Shown here piece after piece: positions 54,235 to 63,158 of a stretch of 64,000 nucleotides of DNA. A program made the translations under genes and the position numbers. The DNA comes from Thermodesulfobacteriota bacterium (GTDB taxonomy: Bacteria > Desulfobacterota > Binatia > Bin18): NCBI GenBank assembly GCA_964291405.2, contig OZ219926.1, positions 4,064,001-4,128,000 of the forward strand. Reading direction: 5' to 3'. The notes beneath the pieces are model-generated. The model saw nothing but the letters and a program-made list of their open reading frames with translations. It ran no database searches and had not been told where the DNA came from. Each line of letters opens with the position of its first letter. The stretch's first letter is position 1.

Positions 54235-55404
54235 CTAGTGAGCAAATTCGGGAATAATTTTCGTCCCCAAAATATCCAACTGCTCTTTCATCTCGTCCCG
54301 AGGCAAGAATCCCTGGTCAGACAGAATCATGAACCAGTCCGGGTTGAGTTTTTCCTTGACCGCTTCCAGCTGTCGCCGGATATCATCGACCGTCCCGACA
54401 AAGGCAATGCCGGCCTCGATAAGCGGCTCAATCGTGGTTGGAATCTCTTGAGCAAACTTGGCGTGGAACTGGCTGAATAAGAAGATCGCCCCGTCGTGCG
54501 CCCGCCGCAGGGCTTCTTCGCGCGTCTTGGCGACATACAAGAGTCTGGCTAGGCCGACGTTCTGGCCGAGCTGTATATCGTGTCCGGCGGCGTTGGCGGC
54601 TTCGGTGTAGACCGCCGCACCCTGGATAGCCAGGTCCGGGAAGGGCAGGAACATCATCGGGACAATCCCTTCGCGGGCGGTCCAGCGGATGGTTTCTTCG
54701 TTTGTCGTTAGGGCCTGGAACAAGGGCGGATGCGGCTTTTGATACGGCTTGGGCACGGGTGATATCTTATGCAGCCAGCCCTTGGCATCCACCTCGCCGG
54801 GTGCGCCGTAACGCCGGGTTGCCTCGTGGGCCGGCCAGTCGTGGCCGCCGGCAGGAAAGGGAGCTTGATAGTATTTGCCGTTAAAAGAGAACGGCTCGTC
54901 TCTCCAGGCGAGTTTCATGACCTCGAACAACTCTTGAAAAACCTCACGGTTACGGAGTTCGGCGTCAGGACCTGAGGTCCCCGGTTCAACGCTATATTTC
55001 TGTCCCAGAACATTTACCCAGCGCGGAAAAAATCCACGCGCGAGACCAACAAAGATGCGACCTTTCGACATATGATCCACCCAGGCAATGTCCTCAGCCA
55101 GGCGAATGGGGTCCCAGGTAGGTAAGACAAAACCGACCGGTCCAACCTGAATACGTTTGGTGTGGTGTATCAGGTTGAGCATATGCGGAATCGGCGTGGC
55201 TCCCGCCTCAAGGCCTTCGGTATAGAAATGATGTTCTGAATAGCTCAGCGCGTCGAACGCCATCTCTTCAGCAAACTGGGCCAGGTCAACCATTTCTTCA
55301 AGCATTTCCTGGGTTTTATCCGTGCGGTGGGCAATGGGAGCCAGGCGTTCTCGTTCCGCCGGGGTGGCGGGAACGACTGGGGTGAGGTGGAGCATGAATT
55401 TCAT
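54235..55404 (-). CDS. LLM-class oxidoreductase
   Basis: SEHHF, DPIRLAEDIA, PKPYQKPHPP; GGAGG precedes ATG 55404. Confidence 0.92.
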   Translation of the reverse strand: MKFMLHLTPVVPATPAERERLAPIAHRTDKTQEMLEEMVDLAQFAEEMAFDALSYSEHHFYTEGLEAGATPIPHMLNLIHHTKRIQVGPVGFVLPTWDPIRLAEDIAWVDHMSKGRIFVGLARGFFPRWVNVLGQKYSVEPGTSGPDAELRNREVFQELFEVMKLAWRDEPFSFNGKYYQAPFPAGGHDWPAHEATRRYGAPGEVDAKGWLHKISPVPKPYQKPHPPLFQALTTNEETIRWTAREGIVPMMFLPFPDLAIQGAAVYTEAANAAGHDIQLGQNVGLARLLYVAKTREEALRRAHDGAIFLFSQFHAKFAQEIPTTIEPLIEAGIAFVGTVDDIRRQLEAVKEKLNPDWFMILSDQGFLPRDEMKEQLDILGTKIIPEFAH

Positions 55405-55429
55405 GGAAACCTCCAGTGTCGGGCCGATG

Positions 55430-56521
55430 TTACACCAAGTACCGGGCGACCGCGTCCTCGTTCCAGGTGATGCCAGCTCCTGGGGTTGACGAGGGAAAGG
55501 CATCGCCATCTTCAATCTGCGTTGGTTCCTGGAGCACGGGCTCGGCCCAGTCTACATACTCCAGCCAGTGCCGCGTCGGGGTTGCGGCCAGCAAATGAAC
55601 ACTGATTTCCGGGTAGAGATGAGAGGAGATGGGAATCCCGCTTGGCTCGGCCAGTGCGGCGGCACGCAGCCAGCCGGACACGCCGCCGATTTTATTGACA
55701 TCCGGCATGAGAAAATCTCCTGACCCGGCCGCAATAGCTTTGGCCATGTCATGCGGCCCCCAGAAGTTCTCCCCAAGCTGGATGGGCGTATGAGTGGCTT
55801 GGCGAATCTGGGCATAGCCGGCGTAGTCGTCTGCACGCGTTGGCTCCTCGATCCAACACAGCCCTTCGCCGTCAAGAGCGTGGATGCGTTGTATGGCCTC
55901 CGACACGGTCAAGGATTGATTGTAGTCTGACATAAGCGTGATATCGTCCGGCACGGCATTGCGGATTGCCCGTACGATCTCGACATCCGCGCGGGCATCT
56001 TCATAGCCAAGTCGTACCTTTATGGCATCGAAGCCCGGCTCAACCAACTCGCGGGCCTCACTCCGTACCCGGTTTACGTCCGTAATGCTCAGGCCGGTAC
56101 TGTTATAGGCTGGAATGGGTTGTGATTGCCCGCCCAAGAGTTGTACCAGGGGCTGTCCTACCGCCTTGGCGCAGGCGTCCCAGGCCGCCGCATCGATCCC
56201 GGCTGCGGCCATGGCCGTAAAACCCTGCGGGCCGAGCAGCCGAAAAGCCTTGTGGAGCTTTTCTTCCAGGGCGAGCGGGATAACCTTGTCGCCAACAATA
56301 AGCTCGCCCAGATTTTCGAGCAGCTTCACCAGCGGCAGCATGACAAATGGGGCATAGCAGAAGATATAGCTACAACCGCAAATGCCCTCCTCGGCCTCAA
56401 GATCAACCAGGACCATGGGAAATCTCGTGACCGATCCACCCCCGGTATATATCGGGCGATTCATCGGCAAGCTGACCGCGCGGGCGCGGAGGGCGCGAAC
56501 AGTCAGGGCATCGGCAGACAT
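55430..56521 (-). CDS. Mandelate racemase-like enolase superfamily enzyme
   Basis: DYNQ, WIEEP, GEN, MPD, SSHL, HWLE; has KxR where mandelate racemase has KxK. Confidence 0.9.
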   Translation of the reverse strand: MSADALTVRALRARAVSLPMNRPIYTGGGSVTRFPMVLVDLEAEEGICGCSYIFCYAPFVMLPLVKLLENLGELIVGDKVIPLALEEKLHKAFRLLGPQGFTAMAAAGIDAAAWDACAKAVGQPLVQLLGGQSQPIPAYNSTGLSITDVNRVRSEARELVEPGFDAIKVRLGYEDARADVEIVRAIRNAVPDDITLMSDYNQSLTVSEAIQRIHALDGEGLCWIEEPTRADDYAGYAQIRQATHTPIQLGENFWGPHDMAKAIAAGSGDFLMPDVNKIGGVSGWLRAAALAEPSGIPISSHLYPEISVHLLAATPTRHWLEYVDWAEPVLQEPTQIEDGDAFPSSTPGAGITWNEDAVARYLV

Positions 56522-56683
56522 ACAGTCCTCCTTTATATTTCAGGACATTCCTGCGGAACGCTGCGGCGTAAGTATAGCGAATGGATTGGGAGAAAGATAA
56601 TCTTGCTTGCCGCGTGGCAATTTATTATTGATATTCACTATTGCTGGGTTCCGGCAGGTTCGTGATGGAGGAGAGAAATTTGC

Positions 56684-57880
56684 ATGCAACGCAGCACTGA
56701 TCGTGTTCTCACCACTCATGCTGGCAGTCTGCCACGTAGTGCAAGGCTCCTTCAGATGTTGGTCGATCGAGAAGCCCGTCACGAGGTCGATGAAGCCGCA
56801 TTTGAAAAACAGGTCGAGCACGACCTCGATTATGTGTTGCAAAAACAGAAGGCGGTGGGGGTCGATATTGTCTGCGATGGCGAACTGCCCCGGCTCGGAT
56901 TCTCTTTTTATGTCAAAGACCGCATGTCAGGCTTTGGGGGCCACTCGCCACGTGGTACGGTGACTGATTTTGCAAAATTTCCAGGCTATGCCAAACTCAA
57001 GCAACAACAAGCGTCAAGGGGAGACGAGATTTCCAAGAGCGCAACCTTATACGCTATGCCGGAATGCCAATACGCCGTGAAATACGACACAGAGCAGCAC
57101 GCCGCGCAGCAAGAGCTGCGGCTCTTCAAAGCATCCCTGGAACGCACGGGGATCGGGAACCACGTAGCAGAGACGTTTGTGACCGCCGCCACTCCGGGCA
57201 TTGTCTCTACCACTCTGTTGCGCAATCCAAACAATCTCGACTACACCACTGACCGGGACTATGTGATGGCCTTGGCCAAGGAGTTGCGCGGTGAGTATGA
57301 ACTCATTGTAGAGCACGGCCATATTCTTCAGGTCGATGGACCCGACCTGGCCTTAGAGCGCCAGATTCTGTATGTGAATAAACCGCTCGACGCCTTTCTC
57401 AAACGGGTCGAACTGCATATTGAGGCGCTCAACGCCGCCCTGATCAACATCCCCAAAGACCGCGTGCGGCTGCACGTGTGCTGGGGGAACTGGGACGGTC
57501 CCCATATCGACGATATGGATTTGGAGCCCCTGTTGCCGCTCCTCTATCAGGCCAAGGTGGGCGGGTTGAGCATTCCCTTTGCCAATCCGCGCCATCAGCA
57601 TGAGGGCGAGCTGTTTGTGTCCTACCCGCTCCCGGATGATATGCTGCTCTTTCCTGGTGTGGTGGATGTGACGACGAATTATCTCGAACACCCCGAGGTC
57701 GTTGCTGAACGCATTGCGCGGCTGATCGACGTGGTTGGCGAGCGGGAACGTATTATCGCCAGTACGGACTGTGGGTTTTCAACTTTTGCCGGCTATACCA
57801 TGGTCGCTGACGATGTGGTATGGGCGAAACTACAGGTGCTGAGCCAAGGCGCGGCCTTAGCGTCTCAACGTTTATGGTAA
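56684..57880 (+). CDS. Cobalamin-independent methionine synthase II-like / epoxyalkane:CoM transferase-like protein
   Basis: TTHAGSLPR, DGE, LHVCWGN, ANPRH, EHPE, TDCGF. Confidence 0.9.
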   Translation: MQRSTDRVLTTHAGSLPRSARLLQMLVDREARHEVDEAAFEKQVEHDLDYVLQKQKAVGVDIVCDGELPRLGFSFYVKDRMSGFGGHSPRGTVTDFAKFPGYAKLKQQQASRGDEISKSATLYAMPECQYAVKYDTEQHAAQQELRLFKASLERTGIGNHVAETFVTAATPGIVSTTLLRNPNNLDYTTDRDYVMALAKELRGEYELIVEHGHILQVDGPDLALERQILYVNKPLDAFLKRVELHIEALNAALINIPKDRVRLHVCWGNWDGPHIDDMDLEPLLPLLYQAKVGGLSIPFANPRHQHEGELFVSYPLPDDMLLFPGVVDVTTNYLEHPEVVAERIARLIDVVGERERIIASTDCGFSTFAGYTMVADDVVWAKLQVLSQGAALASQRLW

Positions 57881-57907
57881 GACCACGAGTCTGAAGGAGA
57901 GGGAGCA

Positions 57908-58480
57908 ATGGCAAATCGCAACATGACCAAAGAGGAAATTGCCCGGCGAGTGGCCCGGTTTGATCAGCTCCAGCCCATGTCCACGTCAAAAGATATGGCG
58001 GACGTGTCGCAGGACGCGATGGATGTCATCTTTGCGCGCACCCTCATGCCGGTCCTTCTGGAGAAGACCAAGAATCCGTTTGGTGAGACTGCCGCGATAT
58101 TTGGAGCGGCGGGAACAACAATGCACGTTTCCGTTTGCCCGCCAGGACAAGGGCCATGCCTCCACTCGCACAACAATACCTATGAGACCTTCATGGTCCT
58201 CGACGGTGCGTTTGAGTTTTCGGTTGGCGAGGAAGGCCAGGAAACCGTCACGCTCAATAAATGGGACGTGTTCTCCTGCCCGCCAGGTGTATATCGCGGC
58301 TTCCGCAACAGCGCGCCCAAAGACAGCGTGTTGCTGACTGTTATTAGCGGTGCAGCCGATGCCCGGGATGACGTGGGGGTACCACCGAAGGTCACCGAAC
58401 AGATTCGTGCCGATTACGGGGAGGACGTACTCCGCAAGTTTCGGACGATCATGACGTTTGACGATCGGGAGCAGGCATAG
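57908..58480 (+). CDS. Cupin domain protein
   Basis: PGQGPCLHSH..TYETFMVLDG; PPGVYRGFRN. Confidence 0.88.
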   Translation: MANRNMTKEEIARRVARFDQLQPMSTSKDMADVSQDAMDVIFARTLMPVLLEKTKNPFGETAAIFGAAGTTMHVSVCPPGQGPCLHSHNNTYETFMVLDGAFEFSVGEEGQETVTLNKWDVFSCPPGVYRGFRNSAPKDSVLLTVISGAADARDDVGVPPKVTEQIRADYGEDVLRKFRTIMTFDDREQA

Positions 58481-58532
58481 CCGAGCGCAGACTCTTCACC
58501 TGACCCGCATGGAATAAGGAAGGAAGACATTC

Positions 58533-58976
58533 ATGGATGCCGAGCAAAAACAAAAACTCGCAGACCTGTGCGCGCAGCAGCACGTGGCAATCCTCACAAC
58601 TCAAGGGGAAGCCTGGCCGACGGCCCATATGCAAGCGTTTGGGCAGACCGACGAGCTGGATTTGATCTTCATTATGCTGGCCGATGCGGAAAAGTATCAC
58701 AATCTGCTCGCGCGTCCTCAAGCGACCGTTGTGGTTGATAATAGAGACACGGGTGATGTCTCAACCTTTCAAGTGGCCCGCGCGACGATACAGGGACTGG
58801 CCAAAGAGGTCGCTCGGGACAGCGCCGAATGGGACGAGTTAAAAGAGCGTTTCCTGACAAAGAACCCGTTTGAAGAACCGTTCTTTGGCTATGACAGCTT
58901 ACGCATGATGCGCCTGACTCCCAAGCGGGTCTCGTATGCCAACGGCCTGACAGATACATTCAAGGCTGAACTGTAG
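58533..58976 (+). CDS. Pyridoxamine 5'-phosphate oxidase-like (split beta-barrel flavin/F420-binding) protein
   Basis: KYHNLLARPQATVVVD, IQGLA, RLTPKRV. Confidence 0.82.
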   Translation: MDAEQKQKLADLCAQQHVAILTTQGEAWPTAHMQAFGQTDELDLIFIMLADAEKYHNLLARPQATVVVDNRDTGDVSTFQVARATIQGLAKEVARDSAEWDELKERFLTKNPFEEPFFGYDSLRMMRLTPKRVSYANGLTDTFKAEL

Positions 58977-59031
58977 GCAAAAGACAGGTCGGCATATCTG
59001 CTCCGCGTTTCATGTACTACAGAGCCGCGAA

Positions 59032-60036
59032 CTACGGAGCCATGGCGCCGTCCGCAAAGTATTTGGTAGCCAAGTCTCTGGCCTGCTCCCGGCTGAGGCC
59101 GTGCGACTCCCAGGCGTCACGTGAACGATCCAGGATGTCTTCCAGGTCGGTGGTCTTCTTGAAATCGCCGAGCTGATCGTGCTCGGTCTCAAGCCCCAGG
59201 GCTTCGGCAACGAAAGAGATATAATTGCGGACGGTGAGCCGCGTGTCGCCGATGTCGCACCACTCGCGATGACAGGCGTGTGAGATCGTTGCCAGTGTAT
59301 CCGCCTGACTCGTACTCTTGAGCGAGCGGACCAGTTCAGCCCGGATGGCCTGAAAGTGCTGCGGCGGCAGACGCAGGCCGGCCGCCCCGCAGTCGTAGTC
59401 CAACTCCGGTGGAGACTGAAGTTCGTCGAGCAGTTCGATACCAGGAATCGAATCCAGGAGGGCGGCTGCGGCCTCTCGGTCCCGCTTGGCCCGCCGCTGT
59501 CCCTCTTCATGCCCGGTGCGGCCCACGTGGGTATGCAGCGCGACCTTACCGGAAACCGCGCGTTCCCACGCGATCTCCCCGCGCCGGACCATCTCGGCCA
59601 GGAACTGGGTGGTATGAGTGATCTCGAACTGGGGATGACGGCTGTCGCGGCCAATGACGATGTCCTTGAAATGAACGTTGCAGGACGGACACCACATGAC
59701 CACTTGCTTGGGCTGATAGGATTCCAAGCGTTCAACCGTCCGATCAGAAACCTGACTGCCTCGCTTGGGACCGTCAAATTTGTCCCACACGATGCCGCAG
59801 CAGAACTGCACCCCGCCGACGGGAATAAAATCGATCCCCAGGTGTGTGAACACGTCAATGACCTGCTTGGCGATATGTGGCGTGCGTAAAATATTGCAGC
59901 CCAGATACAGCACGGTATCGTAGGCGCGGTCGGGCGTCTGGTGCTTCTCGATCCACGAGACATCCTCCGCCCTGATCTGCAACTGCTTGAGGTCTTGAAT
60001 CCGGCGAAAAAAAGCCGAGTAGTTAAACTCTGCCAT
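59032..60036 (-). CDS. CCG-domain Fe-S protein (heterodisulfide reductase B-related)
   Basis: YLGC, FCCG, WCPSC, DCG, HACHR. Confidence 0.85.
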   Translation of the reverse strand: MAEFNYSAFFRRIQDLKQLQIRAEDVSWIEKHQTPDRAYDTVLYLGCNILRTPHIAKQVIDVFTHLGIDFIPVGGVQFCCGIVWDKFDGPKRGSQVSDRTVERLESYQPKQVVMWCPSCNVHFKDIVIGRDSRHPQFEITHTTQFLAEMVRRGEIAWERAVSGKVALHTHVGRTGHEEGQRRAKRDREAAAALLDSIPGIELLDELQSPPELDYDCGAAGLRLPPQHFQAIRAELVRSLKSTSQADTLATISHACHREWCDIGDTRLTVRNYISFVAEALGLETEHDQLGDFKKTTDLEDILDRSRDAWESHGLSREQARDLATKYFADGAMAP

Positions 60037-60048
60037 AAGGGCCGCTCC

Positions 60049-60894
60049 TCAATACGTCACCCCTTCGACATCTTCGAACATTTCAAGTGGGGTTTCGCGG
60101 GTTTGCAGTTCACTATCCCGGCCATCAACCCAGCCGAGAAAGGTGTCGTGTGCCCGATAGCCGAGCAACTGCTGCAAACGTTCCGGCAGTTCTTTCGCGA
60201 TATCAACCGGGACGGCTAAATACTGATTCTCTTCCTGCCGCAGCCAACCCACGCTAAAGGAAAAAAACAGACCAGTGCGCGGGGTGTCGGTGGTATTCGT
60301 ACCCAGCCCGTGCAGCGTTTTGCCAAGCCACACCACCGCGGAGCCTTGTGGCATGGCGGCCTGGCAGACTTCCTCTTCGGCTGCACACCGGTCTGCCGGC
60401 CAGCGATGGCTGCCCGGCACGAGCCGGGTTGCGCCGTTCTCAGCGGTAAAGTCGCTACCGGCAAACATGAAAAAGAGGATGTATTCCGGGTCGTCCGGAT
60501 TGAGCTTGATAAACGGCGTATAGGCGTCGAGTTCCCGGTGCAGCGGTTGGTTCTGTCCACCGCCCCAGACCTGTATCGATCCGGTGGCATGGAGCTGGTA
60601 GGCCTTACAGCTTGGACCAAGCACCTGGTCTGCGAGTGATTGAACGATCGGGTTGAGGGGGAGTTGGCTCAGCTCCGGTCCGTGAGAGAACAACGCGCCT
60701 ATACTGCGTTTGCGATACCCGAAAAACTTCCCACCGCCCGTTTTGCGCTCGGCGAGTCTGGGCTCGACCTTGCCCATAATGTCTTGCATGGCGGCCCGAT
60801 CAATCAACTCCCGGATGATGACCACCCCGTCTCGTTTGAGAATGGCAAGGATATCGTCCGGCGCAGCCGTGCGCTCTACGCTTTGAATCGGCAT
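60049..60894 (-). CDS. Phytanoyl-CoA dioxygenase (PhyH) family
   Basis: LHRE, DFTAENGATRLVPGSH, LHGLG, GWLRQEENQY. Confidence 0.92.
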   Translation of the reverse strand: MPIQSVERTAAPDDILAILKRDGVVIIRELIDRAAMQDIMGKVEPRLAERKTGGGKFFGYRKRSIGALFSHGPELSQLPLNPIVQSLADQVLGPSCKAYQLHATGSIQVWGGGQNQPLHRELDAYTPFIKLNPDDPEYILFFMFAGSDFTAENGATRLVPGSHRWPADRCAAEEEVCQAAMPQGSAVVWLGKTLHGLGTNTTDTPRTGLFFSFSVGWLRQEENQYLAVPVDIAKELPERLQQLLGYRAHDTFLGWVDGRDSELQTRETPLEMFEDVEGVTY

Positions 60895-60997
60895 GGGCTC
60901 CCTCCCTCAATTAGTGCCGTACCCTTCCCGCCATACCACTTCGGGCCGGTTGAGGAAAGGCTTGGGCGTAGCGGGTGTTGGTCCGGGTGGGAAAGTG

Positions 60998-61020
60998 GGC
61001 ACGGGCGCAACGCCCGTGCC
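60998..61020 (-). terminator. Hairpin after the hydrolase gene
   Basis: GGCACGGGCG-CAA-CGCCCGTGCC, 2 nt after the stop codon. Confidence 0.6.
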
Positions 61021-61022
61021 GT

Positions 61023-61805
61023 TTACTGCAGAAAGGTCGTCACTGCCTGAACAAACTCTTCCGGCTGTTCGTAGGGAAGCATGTGTCCGGCTTTTTCGAT
61101 TTCAATAATTTCGGCGTTGGCAATCTGCGCTTTGAACTGCTCCGCGTAGACCGGAGGAATGAGCGCGTCACTCTTCCCCCATACCAGCAGCGTTGGCGCG
61201 CTGAGGCGGTATAGGCGTTTTGAAAGTCGTCGGTTGGGAACCGGGAAAAGAATTTTTCCGGCCATACTCAACCGGCGGGAATTGCCAATATAGAACTCTT
61301 TGAGCGCCTCGGGGTTTTTGAGATCAAGGCCACCGGTCAACATGGCCTCACCCTGAGACCGGTCGTGGAACAGATATTGCGCGAACTCATGCGGCAGAAA
61401 GGAAAAAATGTCCGGGATTGGATGCTCCGCCAGCCACAGACCGGCTGAGGCGACCAGGACGAGCTTGGAAACGTCGTTCGGTGTCAGGGCTGCCATTTCC
61501 GCCGCAATCATGCCGCCCATCGAATGACCGACAATATGCGGCTTGGTCAAGTCCAACTCGTGCACCACATCCCAGCCGTGCAGGGCGAAGTCCAGCATAT
61601 CTTCCAGCAGGGCTTCGCCGGTTGAATCGCCAAAACCTGGGAATTCAGGGGCGAACACATGGTAATGTTGGGCCAGTTGGTCGAGGAACGGATTCTCCGG
61701 AAACAAGCCGCCGGCGCCGTGCATAAAGACCAATGGCTCGCCGCTGCCCGCGTCGAGGACGTGGACCTTGGTTCCACGTCCCGTCTCGATCATGCGGCTG
61801 TTCAT
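61023..61805 (-). CDS. Alpha/beta hydrolase, translationally coupled to an LLM gene
   Basis: HGAGG, GHSMGG, WGKSD, AGH; ATGA overlap. Confidence 0.92.
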   Translation of the reverse strand: MNSRMIETGRGTKVHVLDAGSGEPLVFMHGAGGLFPENPFLDQLAQHYHVFAPEFPGFGDSTGEALLEDMLDFALHGWDVVHELDLTKPHIVGHSMGGMIAAEMAALTPNDVSKLVLVASAGLWLAEHPIPDIFSFLPHEFAQYLFHDRSQGEAMLTGGLDLKNPEALKEFYIGNSRRLSMAGKILFPVPNRRLSKRLYRLSAPTLLVWGKSDALIPPVYAEQFKAQIANAEIIEIEKAGHMLPYEQPEEFVQAVTTFLQ

Positions 61806-63064
61806 AGCGGCATCCTTGCGTCCTGACGCGCCTGCTCAATACCGGTCTCGGGTTGCAGCCGTTCGTCGAGCGGCTTGCACCACCAGCGATTGTCATCCTT
61901 CCACTCCGGCCACATATCGCGCAGGTGGGGCATGACCTGTTCGGCAAACAGCTTGGTCGAGTAGCGGGTTTTCCAGTCGGGCATATTGCCGATATGGATC
62001 AGGCAGAAGATATGTCCCACGCGCAGAGACTTAATGAGGTCTTCCATGCGTTCGCGAACCGTGGCCGGGCTGCCGGCAATGATATAGCCCTCGTCAACCA
62101 GTTCCTTCCAGGTCAGGTTCGGAAACAGGCTTTGCATCTCCTCGCTCAAAGCGTTGAGCACATCGGCCTTGATGGTCTTAATCGTACGATAGCCCGGCGC
62201 GTCGGCAAAACCGCCGTGGACGTGTAAGCAGCGGTTATAGAAATAGTTGACGTGCTCGGCGTACATCTCTTCGGCCTGCTGGTCCGTATCGGCAACACAA
62301 ATGGTCTGGGCAAAGGCCGCCCGGTAGGGGGATTCGTCTTTGCCGCGGGCGGCCACGCGATCCCAATAGCCGTCCAGCAATTTTTTCCCGCGCAGATAAC
62401 CGGTGAAGGACAGGTAGGAGTAGTTGTAGTCGTTATCCAGGCAGAAATCCCAGGTTTCGACCGAACCGCCGCCGGGGATATAGATCGGCGGATTCGGCTT
62501 TTGAATCGGCTTGGGCCACAGGTTGACATAGCGCAGTTGGTTGTATTTACCGTCAAAGGCAAACGGCTCGTCCTCGTGCCAGGCCCGCATGACCAACTCG
62601 TGCGCTTCGGCATATTTATCGCGGGTCAGACCGGGAATCTGGCCGTAGCAATAATTGGTGTCCATCGAAGTCCCGACCGGAAAGCCGGCCAGCAGGCGAC
62701 CGCCGGAAATGACGTCCAGCATGGCAAATTCTTCGGCAACCCGAAGCGGCGGGTTGTATAGGGCCAGTGAGTTGCCGATCACCGCCAGTGCGGCCTGGGA
62801 CGTGCGCCGGGCCAGACCGGCGGCAATGATATTTGGAGAGGGCATCAGGCCGTAGCCGTTCTGGTGATGCTCGTTGACGCCGATGCCATCATAGCCGAGC
62901 GAGTCGGCGTATTCGAGTTGATCCATATACTCGTGGTAGACAAAGTGACCCTTGTTGGGGTCATACAGCGTGTTGGGAATATCCACCCATACGGAGTGGT
63001 GTTTTTCGCGAAAATTATCCGGCAGGGTCGGCCACGGCATAAGGTTAAACCACGTGAATTTCAT
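61802..63064 (-). CDS. LLM-class flavin-dependent oxidoreductase
   Basis: NEHHQNGYG, PLRVAEEFAMLD, WPKPIQKP, IAGSP. Confidence 0.93.
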   Translation of the reverse strand: MKFTWFNLMPWPTLPDNFREKHHSVWVDIPNTLYDPNKGHFVYHEYMDQLEYADSLGYDGIGVNEHHQNGYGLMPSPNIIAAGLARRTSQAALAVIGNSLALYNPPLRVAEEFAMLDVISGGRLLAGFPVGTSMDTNYCYGQIPGLTRDKYAEAHELVMRAWHEDEPFAFDGKYNQLRYVNLWPKPIQKPNPPIYIPGGGSVETWDFCLDNDYNYSYLSFTGYLRGKKLLDGYWDRVAARGKDESPYRAAFAQTICVADTDQQAEEMYAEHVNYFYNRCLHVHGGFADAPGYRTIKTIKADVLNALSEEMQSLFPNLTWKELVDEGYIIAGSPATVRERMEDLIKSLRVGHIFCLIHIGNMPDWKTRYSTKLFAEQVMPHLRDMWPEWKDDNRWWCKPLDERLQPETGIEQARQDARMPL

Positions 63065-63158
63065 TGCTTCCTCCGTTTCGTAGGCGGTGTGTTTCCGACA
63101 GTTTCCTTTCCCGAATCTAGCCGACCTTGGCGGATAATTCTAGGCCGAACGTCTTCCC

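Noticed and set aside
56522-56683. SAM or cobalamin riboswitch before the MetE-like gene
   Set aside because: No consensus elements seen; short divergent promoter region
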